Below, piece after piece: positions 9,247 to 17,670 of a stretch of 64,000 nt of DNA (within the stretch, counting starts at the first letter, position 1; each line of letters begins with the position of its first letter). The notes under the pieces were generated by a model, which did no database searches, was not told the origin of the DNA, and worked only from the letters and a program-made list of their open reading frames with translations. Location: NCBI GenBank assembly GCA_049317185.1, contig JBMOIS010000010.1, positions 3,220 to 67,219 on the forward strand, written 5' to 3'. The stretch is from Chlorobium sp. Lineage in GTDB: Bacteria; Bacteroidota; Chlorobiia; Chlorobiales; Chlorobiaceae. The translations under genes and the position numbers were made by a program.

Positions 9247-10149
9247 ATGATGAATAATTTTTTGCGTTACATTTTTATTTTTAATCCTGCAGCCGACAAA
9301 GGTCGTGCTTCGCGCAAGGCAGAATGGCTTAAAGCACAGGTATCAGGCCGTACAGACTCAGCGCTGTTCACAACAGCTTATGCTGGTCATGCAGGAGATA
9401 TCGCTCGTTCTGAGAAAAAGGAGGGCACCTGTATGATTGTGTGTGGAGGAGATGGAACGCTTCATGAAGTGGTCAATGCTGTTGCAGGAGAAGGCGTAAC
9501 GATCGGGATTCTCCCCATTGGTTCGGCAAATGATTTTATTAAAACTTTGCATCCCCAAAACAAGGGATACTCTGGCATCACTCGTTTTTTTGAGGCTAAA
9601 AGCAAAATAATTGATATAGGAAGTGTTATTTATGGTATTGATCATCGGTATTTTATCAATTCTCTTGGCATCGGCTTTACCGGACGCATTGCAAAGAGCG
9701 TTAAACTGGCAAGTTGGTTAAAAGGGGAGCTTGGTTACGTTTACGCTTTTTTTAGTGTGCTTTTTGGCCATAAGCCTTTGACTATGGGTATCAAAATTAC
9801 TCTGGAGGACTCTTTTCTGGAGCTTCACGAGCCTGTTTTTGCGTTTTCAGTATTAAATGGAAAAATTGAGGGGGGGAAATTCAGGATAGCTCCACTTGCC
9901 GAGTTGTCAGACGGATTGCTTGATGTCTGTATTCTCAAGGCGGTGCCAAAACATGAATTTTTTCGCTATGCGTTCAAATATCTCTGCGGTAGCCATATCA
10001 GTGACCCACAGATTATCTACTGCAAGGCGAAGGCTGTGGAGGTGATGCTTGAGCATCCTGATGTTATGCATCTGGACGGGGAGGTGTATGACGGCATTTG
10101 TGGCAGGATTACGATTTCGGTCGTTTCGCAGGGACTTTCTGTGTTATAA
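9247..10149 (+). CDS. Diacylglycerol/lipid kinase family protein (YegS/DgkB-like)
   Basis: FIFNPAA, TAYAGHA, CGGDGTLHEVVN, LPIGSANDF, LSDGLLDV, HLDGE. Confidence 0.9.
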   Translation: MMNNFLRYIFIFNPAADKGRASRKAEWLKAQVSGRTDSALFTTAYAGHAGDIARSEKKEGTCMIVCGGDGTLHEVVNAVAGEGVTIGILPIGSANDFIKTLHPQNKGYSGITRFFEAKSKIIDIGSVIYGIDHRYFINSLGIGFTGRIAKSVKLASWLKGELGYVYAFFSVLFGHKPLTMGIKITLEDSFLELHEPVFAFSVLNGKIEGGKFRIAPLAELSDGLLDVCILKAVPKHEFFRYAFKYLCGSHISDPQIIYCKAKAVEVMLEHPDVMHLDGEVYDGICGRITISVVSQGLSVL

Positions 10150-10155
10150 GGGGGG

Positions 10156-11382
10156 TTATGTTATGTTGAGCTCTGAGAGAAAGCTCTTGATTGACTGGTG
10201 TTTCTCAAGACCCAACTTTTTATGAATTCTGTAGCGTATGCTTTCCATCCCTCTGGTTGATAAACCGATGGACCGGGCAATCTCTGAGGTGTCATAGTTC
10301 AACTTGACCAGAAGACTGATACTCAATTCGCGCTGGTTAAGGTTAGGAAATTTTTTCTGCAGTCGGGATAAAAAAAATGAATCAGAATCAGTGGTCTCTC
10401 TGTTCAGATGTTTTTCGATCACTTCCTTCTCAAGAAGGCTCAGGCACGAATTGGCCAGTTCACTTTTAACGCCAGGCTCAAGGTCAATTGAGTCTATTTT
10501 GTCAAGAATTTTCCGCACTCCCTTTTGTTTGTCAGCAATTACTCTCGACACTCTTGCCAGTTCCATCTCCTGGGTCTGGACTCTTTTTGTAAGATCGGCG
10601 ATCTCTTTTTCTCTTTCGCGAGCGGACTTGTTGCTTACCTCCGCTTGTGCATTCATTTTTATTATCAGTTGGGTTATTCGATGTCCAAAGTCTTGTTTAA
10701 GCAGTTGAACTTCGTTCTCTTGTTCCCTCTCTTTTTCTACAAGGTCTGAGCGTAAGGAGTCGATTGCCTTGAAAAAAGGATAATACGGGTGACCATCGGG
10801 AGGTATGCTTATACTCTGGTCAAGCATATTAAGCCAGGAAATTCTTGCTATGGCTTCCAGAAACTTTTTGTTTAATGCCTGCAGGTTGTTGTTATCTGCC
10901 TCGGATTCTCTGATGGCAAGATTTCCGGCTTTAAACGCCCTGATATGTTCAATGCTTTTTTCATAGGTTTTGCCGAGTATGACGCAAATATTTTGAGGAG
11001 CAACAGCGGCAAAAGTATCCACGATTATGCGCATGGATTCCGGAATATTGTAAAAGCCTACAACTCCAAGGATTGGACTCCAGTTAAAAAAGAGATTGGT
11101 GATCGCCTTTTTGTAGTTAAAGGTAATGTCGGAGATGTGGGCAAGATCAAACAGGATGTGAAACTGCCTGCTCAGAAGATCAGATTCAGTGAGCACAACC
11201 TGCAAGAGTTCAATGTCCATAAAATCCAGGATAATATCTGATTTTTTTTGTACATCAATCCCGGTGTGGACGATATTGCCGTCAATCACACTCATCCATT
11301 TGGTATACTCTGCGGAAGGGTGATGACTTTTCCAGTGGCTTTTTTGGGTTATTGTAGCTCTTGGCTGTTGTTGTGTTTCCAT
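10156..11382 (-). CDS. LuxR-type HTH regulator with large N-terminal putative sensor domain
   Basis: The C-terminal HTH is nearly identical to 8142-8657. It has a central coiled coil and an N-terminal alpha/beta domain (HILFDLAHISDI...VVGFYNIPESMRIIV) reminiscent of STAS/SEC14-like domains. Confidence 0.75.
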   Translation of the reverse strand: METQQQPRATITQKSHWKSHHPSAEYTKWMSVIDGNIVHTGIDVQKKSDIILDFMDIELLQVVLTESDLLSRQFHILFDLAHISDITFNYKKAITNLFFNWSPILGVVGFYNIPESMRIIVDTFAAVAPQNICVILGKTYEKSIEHIRAFKAGNLAIRESEADNNNLQALNKKFLEAIARISWLNMLDQSISIPPDGHPYYPFFKAIDSLRSDLVEKEREQENEVQLLKQDFGHRITQLIIKMNAQAEVSNKSAREREKEIADLTKRVQTQEMELARVSRVIADKQKGVRKILDKIDSIDLEPGVKSELANSCLSLLEKEVIEKHLNRETTDSDSFFLSRLQKKFPNLNQRELSISLLVKLNYDTSEIARSIGLSTRGMESIRYRIHKKLGLEKHQSIKSFLSELNIT

Positions 11383-11681
11383 TGCCTGGAGTGTCTGCTA
11401 TAAATGATACTGATTGTTGTCGACCCGGCATTTAAAGCAATAAATTAACGGGCTGAAAGGTAATTAACAAAGGGTACTTCTAAAAAATGGCAGGAAAACC
11501 GGGAGTGCGCTCTTTTGTTATGCTGAAAACCGTATTTTGTTCATAATAACAGTGAAGATAAATCTGGTGCTGTAGATGGAATGTCATATTCCCGGCTTTT
11601 TATATATTCAGTCATAGCTTTGTGCTCTGATGGGTAATATGACAGCAGGAAACAACAGGAAATAGAGAGGGTATTTGGACT

Positions 11682-12932
11682 ATGCAGGTTATTGTGTTTG
11701 AAGATACCAGGGTTCGGGAGTTGATACCTCTTGTCAATCTTAAACCTGTTTACGGACTTTATACCGGGTTTCGTTCTCTTCAGGAAAAGCTTGAGCATTG
11801 GACGAGAGGGCGTGTGACGCTGACCTGGCATCTGCGTCGCTATCTTGCCTCTTTTTATGCTGAACAGCATCCGGAATACACCGTAAACCGTATCGAAGAA
11901 AAAGAGGTGCTGCTCATCAATGGACGTATAGTTTGTGATGAAGCAGCAGCCAGAGTGATCATTGAAGGTGCATTTGATTTGGGGACGGCGTATATGCAGG
12001 GTGATAATCTGCTGTTTGCAAGAGTGGACAGCTCTCTTTTTACTAGCCAGGCAGGTTTGATGCCAGACCTTTTTGATCCATCCATTCTTGCAGGAGAGCT
12101 TGTTACAGAAGCGGTAACAGGGTTCAGGGTTATCGATAATCTTTGGGATGTGACGGCTTTTCATGCTGATGAGATGTTGCGGGATGCTGAAACGCTTGAA
12201 CTTGGGCGTTTTGAGGGAGAGGTGCATCCTTCAGTTTCCATTGTCAATCGTTCGAATATCTATGTTGCTCCCGGTGCTGTTGTTCGGGCTGGAGCGGTTC
12301 TTGATGCTGATGAAGGATTTGTCGCTGTCGGGGCTGGAGCGATTGTTGAACCGCAGGCAGTGCTGATGCAGAATATATTTCTTGCTCCCTGGTCGAGAGC
12401 AAAAATTGGCGCAAAATTGTACAGCAATGTTGCCATTGGGATGGCATCCAAAGTTGGCGGTGAAGTTGAGGATTCTCTTCTTGAACCGTTTGCCAACAAG
12501 CAGCATGACGGTTTTCTTGGCCATTCCTATATCTCATCCTGGTGTAATCTTGGTGCTGGAACGAATACGAGCGACCTCAAGAATAATTATAGTCCGGTAA
12601 ACTTGCTCATCAATGGCCAGTTAAAGGTGACGGGATTACAGTTTCTCGGGCTTTTAATGGGCGACCACAGCAAGAGCTCAATCAATTCAATGTTCAATAC
12701 CGGAACTGTGGCAGGGACAGGGGCAAATATTTTTGGCGGCGGATTTCCTCCCAAAGAGGTTCCCTCATTTTCGTGGGGCGGGAGTGGAGGTTTTGAGAGC
12801 TATAATATTGAAAAAGCGGTTGATACAGCACGGAAGGTAATGGCGCGCCGCAAGGTTACCATGAGCCTCGCCTATGAGTCGATGTTCCGCTTTGTTGCAG
12901 GAGCCGAGTGCTCGGATCGTCTCTTTGTATAA
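11682..12932 (+). CDS. GlmU-related putative sugar nucleotidyl/acyltransferase (Bacteroidota/Chlorobiota type)
   Basis: N-terminal FED...L.PL..LKPV domain, left-handed beta-helix hexapeptide repeats, KQHDGFLGHSY...CNLGAGT. Confidence 0.8.
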   Translation: MQVIVFEDTRVRELIPLVNLKPVYGLYTGFRSLQEKLEHWTRGRVTLTWHLRRYLASFYAEQHPEYTVNRIEEKEVLLINGRIVCDEAAARVIIEGAFDLGTAYMQGDNLLFARVDSSLFTSQAGLMPDLFDPSILAGELVTEAVTGFRVIDNLWDVTAFHADEMLRDAETLELGRFEGEVHPSVSIVNRSNIYVAPGAVVRAGAVLDADEGFVAVGAGAIVEPQAVLMQNIFLAPWSRAKIGAKLYSNVAIGMASKVGGEVEDSLLEPFANKQHDGFLGHSYISSWCNLGAGTNTSDLKNNYSPVNLLINGQLKVTGLQFLGLLMGDHSKSSINSMFNTGTVAGTGANIFGGGFPPKEVPSFSWGGSGGFESYNIEKAVDTARKVMARRKVTMSLAYESMFRFVAGAECSDRLFV

Positions 12933-12950
12933 CTTCTTAAGTATGACTAA

Positions 12951-13514
12951 ATGATTATTGTTATTGATAACTATGATTCTTTTACCTATAACCTGGTGCA
13001 GTATATTGGCGAGGCAGGGGAAGCCGTTGAGGTATACCGTAATGACGAGCTTTCGGTCGATGAGATTGTAGCGCTTGCTCCCTCAAAAATTGTTATTTCT
13101 CCTGGACCTGGCACTCCTTGCGATGCAGGCGTTTCTGTGCCGTTGATTCATGCGGTCAAAGGTCGAATTCCAGTACTCGGTGTGTGTCTTGGACATCAGT
13201 CGATCGGTGCCGCCCTTGGAGGAAACGTGGTGAGGGCACTCAGCATTATGCATGGCAAGACCTCACTGGTTTATCATGACAACTGCGGGATTTTCAGGGG
13301 CGTTGATAATCCTTTTTTGGCGACAAGGTATCACTCTCTCATTGTTGAACGGGCGACACTTCCAGAGACGCTTGTTCTTAGGGCATGGACTGAGGACGGA
13401 GTGATAATGGGTATGGATTCTGAGCAGTTAATGCTCTATGGAGTCCAGTTTCACCCCGAATCCATTATGACTGCCGAGGGGAAAAAAATTATCAGGAATT
13501 TTCTTGAACTGTAG
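12951..13514 (+). CDS. trpG: Glutamine amidotransferase, anthranilate/aminodeoxychorismate synthase component II (TrpG/PabA)
   Basis: IDNYDSFTYNL, SPGPGTP, GVCLGHQ, RYHSL, QFHPES. Confidence 0.9.
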   Translation: MIIVIDNYDSFTYNLVQYIGEAGEAVEVYRNDELSVDEIVALAPSKIVISPGPGTPCDAGVSVPLIHAVKGRIPVLGVCLGHQSIGAALGGNVVRALSIMHGKTSLVYHDNCGIFRGVDNPFLATRYHSLIVERATLPETLVLRAWTEDGVIMGMDSEQLMLYGVQFHPESIMTAEGKKIIRNFLEL

Positions 13515-13534
13515 TAATTGATTCAGCGGTTGTT

Positions 13535-14272
13535 ATGGATATTTATCGCACTCCTTCAGGGGCAAAAGATGAGAGAAGAGGGGATGGTGTTCCGCAGCAT
13601 TCCGGGGCCCATCGCGAAAGTGATTTTATGGCTGACGGATGGCGAGTGTTCAAAATTATGGCGGAATTTGTCAGCGGTTTTGAAATGATGTCTGAGGCAG
13701 GTCCAGCCGTCACTGTTTTCGGTTCTACAAGGGTGCTTGCAGGAAGCCCGGAGTACCTTCTTGCTGAAAAGCTTGGATTCCTCTTTGCTGCTGAGGGATT
13801 TTCAGTGATAACAGGTGGTGGGCCGGGTGTTATGGAGGCGGCAAACAAGGGAGCCCAAAGCGCGGGAGGTGCATCTATTGGATTCAATATCAAACTTCCA
13901 AACCAGCAGCAGCCAAACAAGTATATTGATCATGACAAATTGGTGAGTTTTCAGTATTTTTTTGTGCGCAAGGTTATGTTCATAAAATATGCACAGGCAT
14001 TCATCGCTTTGCCGGGCGGTTTTGGCACGCTTGATGAAATATCTGAAGCCATTACGCTTATATGCACAGGGAAGAGCGAACGGTTTCCGGTTATATTGGT
14101 GGGCAAAAGTTACTGGGAGGGATTTTACCGATGGGTTCAGGAGAGCATGCTGAAGGAGAAGGGCTATATCAGCACTGCCGATCTTGAATTTATTTACCTT
14201 GAAGATAGCCCTGAAGAGATAATTGCAATCATCAAAAATTTTTATCCTGATGGTTATTCGCTGAATTTTTAA
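13535..14272 (+). CDS. LOG family nucleoside monophosphate phosphoribohydrolase (TIGR00730-like)
   Basis: TGGGPGVMEAAN, FFVRKVMF, PGGFGTLDE. Confidence 0.92.
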   Translation: MDIYRTPSGAKDERRGDGVPQHSGAHRESDFMADGWRVFKIMAEFVSGFEMMSEAGPAVTVFGSTRVLAGSPEYLLAEKLGFLFAAEGFSVITGGGPGVMEAANKGAQSAGGASIGFNIKLPNQQQPNKYIDHDKLVSFQYFFVRKVMFIKYAQAFIALPGGFGTLDEISEAITLICTGKSERFPVILVGKSYWEGFYRWVQESMLKEKGYISTADLEFIYLEDSPEEIIAIIKNFYPDGYSLNF

Positions 14273-14718
14273 GAAGGAACTCTTGTTTTTGCATTGCATT
14301 GGTTCAGCCATTGAAGAAGTGCTTCTGTTTCCTTGATGGTAAGATGAGTTTCCGGTTTCCAGAGGTAATAGAGCGGTTGATGAGCAGATCCGTTCGTAAC
14401 TACCCTCATAATCTCTTTTGTCGGAAGTGTTTTTTCTGCCGTTTTTTGACTGTTCCCTGTGGAAAAATTAAGAGCCGTCCGGCCTGAAGCCACCCTTGTT
14501 GAGGCCAGCCATGATGCTGGAGCAACGTAGCCAAAGCTATCCCATCGGGTTTCATTCGAGTGGCAGTCATAACAGGCTTTTTTCAGTGAGCTTTTTATGA
14601 CATGTGGGAGTTGGATCTCTGAAACTACTGGTGGGTTGATTCGTTTCAGTGGCACAAACTGCATGAGTATCAGGACGACAAGAGACCAGCTTGCAGTTGA
14701 TTTGAATGAAAAAGTCAT
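14269..14718 (-). CDS. Exported heme-binding domain protein (single CxxCH)
   Basis: N-terminal hydrophobic segment, ACYDCHSNET, YVAPASW, GR..LNFS, which is the Haem_bd family pattern. Confidence 0.8.
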   Translation of the reverse strand: MTFSFKSTASWSLVVLILMQFVPLKRINPPVVSEIQLPHVIKSSLKKACYDCHSNETRWDSFGYVAPASWLASTRVASGRTALNFSTGNSQKTAEKTLPTKEIMRVVTNGSAHQPLYYLWKPETHLTIKETEALLQWLNQCNAKTRVPS

Positions 14719-14783
14719 GATTACCGGAAAACCCTGGATGAGATTGTTGTATTTCTTTCTGTTAATGTCAAAAAAGTGTTATC

Positions 14784-15119
14784 GTGATATTTCCCTGTGA
14801 AAAAGCTGTTTGGTATTATCTCCCTCAAATCAGGGCAGATCTTGCCATCGAGCTTGTAAAATCCGGAATGACTCAATCGCAGGCGGCAAAGAAACTTGGT
14901 GTCACTCCCGCCGCAATCTCTCAGTATATCCATAAAAAGCGAGGAACGCAATCTCTGAAAAGCAAAAGTTACCGACAGGAGATTGCTGCTGCGGTTACAA
15001 AAATTTGTGAAGAGGCTTCGTCCGCTGACCTTCATCGCATTGTTTGCAACTGCTGTCACCTGCTGCAAAAGGAGGATGACGAACAAAAGGATCTCTGCTT
15101 GTCTACAGCTCCACAATGA
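14784..15119 (+). CDS. XRE-type HTH transcriptional regulator with conserved cysteines (COG2522-like, mostly archaeal family)
   Basis: [50 protein letters not shown]-terminal CNCC. Confidence 0.82.
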   Translation: MIFPCEKAVWYYLPQIRADLAIELVKSGMTQSQAAKKLGVTPAAISQYIHKKRGTQSLKSKSYRQEIAAAVTKICEEASSADLHRIVCNCCHLLQKEDDEQKDLCLSTAPQ

Positions 15120-16794
15120 TATGGGCTTCAGTTGAATGACCGTTAAGCAAATTCTTCAGGGTAGTGATCAGTTCCATTCCGTATTTGTTGAGATAATAAA
15201 AGACATTGATTAACCTCTCTTGCGGTATTCCTTCCGGAAACAGTGCGGTTTCTGCTTTCAGAATCTGCTCAAGCAACTCTTCGTGTTTGCGCCTGCTGGC
15301 CTTCCATGTTTTTTGTTCTATACTTTCAACAATTTTTGCTGACTGGAGGGATGATGCGGCCAGAAGTGGTTCAAGGGTGGGGTCAATCTTGGCAAGCACT
15401 GGCCCGAGAGAGGCAAAAGCCCTCTGGATTTCGCCCTTTGTTTTTTCGAACAGTGCGTCAAGTTGAGGGTTTTCAGCGAGGCCGACGGCATTTTTTTTCA
15501 ACTGTTGGAGGTCGCTGAAGAGTGCATGGTAAATCTGCTTGCGTGAAAATCCTGGTTTTCCGATGACGTGGAGCAGCCTGTCCATGATTCGGCTTATTTT
15601 CGGTTCAACCAGGGTAAAACTTCCCCTGGGAATAATAAACGGCATAGTGATACCAAAGTGTTCATAATTATTTCGGTACTGCGCCAGATAGCTTATTTCA
15701 CCCGGGCCGGCGATACAGGCAAAGGTTGGCAGGACGTAATCCTGAACAATTGGCCTGAGAACGACATTGGGGCTGAACTGTTCTGGATGATCCTGACACA
15801 GTTCAAGCATCTGGTGCTTTGAATAGAGCTGTTTGTCGGGGACAATCGAGAAAGAGTTTTCTGACGGTTGCTCTATCTTTTGTCGTTGTCCATGATGGTT
15901 GATATAAAACAGATTGACAGCTCTTGGTTTTGTCTGTGCCGTGTAGCCGAGATTTTCCAGACGGGTACTTTGTGCAACGACATTATAGGAAGATGCCGGC
16001 GAGGATGAGAGTTCTCGAAATAAGATGGTGGACGAAAGCCGCTTGAACTCAGGATCCTGACTCGAAAGAAGAATCAGTGGCTGTTCTCTGAAGATCCGCA
16101 TCATGGTGCTGGCGAAGCTTATCTCGAAGGTGCTTCCTGGATAATAATACTCTGTAAGGATATCCGAAACACTCTGTTTGTGGGAGGAATCAGGCAAGAG
16201 TCTGAGAAACTCCTCAACGGTACGGCTGATCTCTTCACCGAAGCAGGTGTTGGCTACCATCTGATCCGGCATGCGCCTGTATGGCTCCTGTTTGAAGTGG
16301 ACAACCTGATTTTCCGAAAAAATTGCCGTGTGGGCCGATTCGTCATAGTCGTGGTCTTCTCCTTCTAGCCAGAAAATTGGGACAAAGTCGTATTCGGGAA
16401 AGAGCGCTTTTTGACGTTCGGCAAAAATAATGGCGCTGAGCGCTTTGTAGATTGTATAGAGCGGCCCGGTAAAGAGTCCCAATTGCTGCCCGGTTACTAT
16501 GGCCATACATCGTGGTGAACGGAGCTTTTCTATCTCACTGAGCTGACGTGCAGTGCCTCCCCAGCGGCTGTTTTGCCGCACGAGAAGCCGAACAAGAGTT
16601 TCCCGGTCAAACGTTCTCGAAGCAAGCAATCCAAGCTGCCGGTAGTAATCGGCCTCTTTTTGGTAATCAAGATGAAAACATTCTGTAATCAGTGTGGAGC
16701 GTTCAGGGTCTTCAGATGTATAGTCACGGAAAAGCTTTGAAAATCCCTTTTTTGGTGTCAGGATATTTTTGTAGTCAAGGAGAAAGGTGTTCAC
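15103..16794 (-). CDS. bshC: Bacillithiol biosynthesis cysteine-adding enzyme BshC
   Basis: [54 protein letters not shown]. The probable start is GTG at 16794, just after surE. Confidence 0.92.
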   Translation of the reverse strand: MNTFLLDYKNILTPKKGFSKLFRDYTSEDPERSTLITECFHLDYQKEADYYRQLGLLASRTFDRETLVRLLVRQNSRWGGTARQLSEIEKLRSPRCMAIVTGQQLGLFTGPLYTIYKALSAIIFAERQKALFPEYDFVPIFWLEGEDHDYDESAHTAIFSENQVVHFKQEPYRRMPDQMVANTCFGEEISRTVEEFLRLLPDSSHKQSVSDILTEYYYPGSTFEISFASTMMRIFREQPLILLSSQDPEFKRLSSTILFRELSSSPASSYNVVAQSTRLENLGYTAQTKPRAVNLFYINHHGQRQKIEQPSENSFSIVPDKQLYSKHQMLELCQDHPEQFSPNVVLRPIVQDYVLPTFACIAGPGEISYLAQYRNNYEHFGITMPFIIPRGSFTLVEPKISRIMDRLLHVIGKPGFSRKQIYHALFSDLQQLKKNAVGLAENPQLDALFEKTKGEIQRAFASLGPVLAKIDPTLEPLLAASSLQSAKIVESIEQKTWKASRRKHEELLEQILKAETALFPEGIPQERLINVFYYLNKYGMELITTLKNLLNGHSTEAHIIVEL

Positions 16795-16798
16795 GTTT

Positions 16799-17575
16799 TT
16801 ATTTTTGGAGGTTCCATTGTTCAAGGGTGCTGATATACCTGTTATTGGTCAGATCGCAAGAAAGCGGTGTAATGGCCACATAATTGTGCCTGACAGCAAA
16901 TTCATCTTTGTGCAGGGAATCATCCAGCAGACGCAGGGTTCCATTCAGCCAGTAGTAGGGGTTGCCAAACATGTCGTTTCGTTCAATGGCATTTTCTTCC
17001 CAACGCGAACGCCCCTGCTGGGTGATCATGATCCCGGCAATCAGCGATTCTGGCACATTCGGAATATTGACGGAAAGAATGGTGTCTTGCGGTAGCCCTT
17101 CAAGCAGCACTTTTTTTGCCAGTTTGCGGGCAAATTTTCCTGCGTAGGTAAAATCAGCATGTTCATAAGTTGCAAGCGAAAATGCCAGAGAGGTAATTCC
17201 CTGGATAGCTCCCTCGAGAGCAGCCGCGACCGTTCCCGAATATACGGTGTTTGTTGCGGTATTGCTTCCATAATTGATGCCTGATACAATAAGATCAGGC
17301 TTTGATGTCAGGATATGGCTTAAACCAACCTTGATGCAGTCGACAGGTGTGCCTGAAACGGTGTATCCAAAAAAACGACCGTTTTTCAAAAACTTTTTGA
17401 TTCTTAATGGAGATCCCAGTGTCATGGCATGGCTCATGGCGCTGTGTGGTTCAGCAGGCGCAACGACGGTTACTCGTCCGATTTTTTTCATCGCAGCCGC
17501 AAGCGCATGGATTCCTTCTCCTTCAATGCCATCATCATTACAGACAAGTATATGAGGTTTTTTCAGTGTGTCCAT
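16799..17575 (-). CDS. surE: 5'/3'-nucleotidase SurE
   Basis: [32 protein letters not shown]. Confidence 0.97.
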   Translation of the reverse strand: MDTLKKPHILVCNDDGIEGEGIHALAAAMKKIGRVTVVAPAEPHSAMSHAMTLGSPLRIKKFLKNGRFFGYTVSGTPVDCIKVGLSHILTSKPDLIVSGINYGSNTATNTVYSGTVAAALEGAIQGITSLAFSLATYEHADFTYAGKFARKLAKKVLLEGLPQDTILSVNIPNVPESLIAGIMITQQGRSRWEENAIERNDMFGNPYYWLNGTLRLLDDSLHKDEFAVRHNYVAITPLSCDLTNNRYISTLEQWNLQK

Positions 17576-17670
17576 GCTGTGTCCGTTTGTTTATGATAAG
17601 AATGTTACGTGTCTGATGTCTCGTGGCGCTTTGGATTTGAATGCTGTGTAAAAGTATAAAAAAGTTCTGT

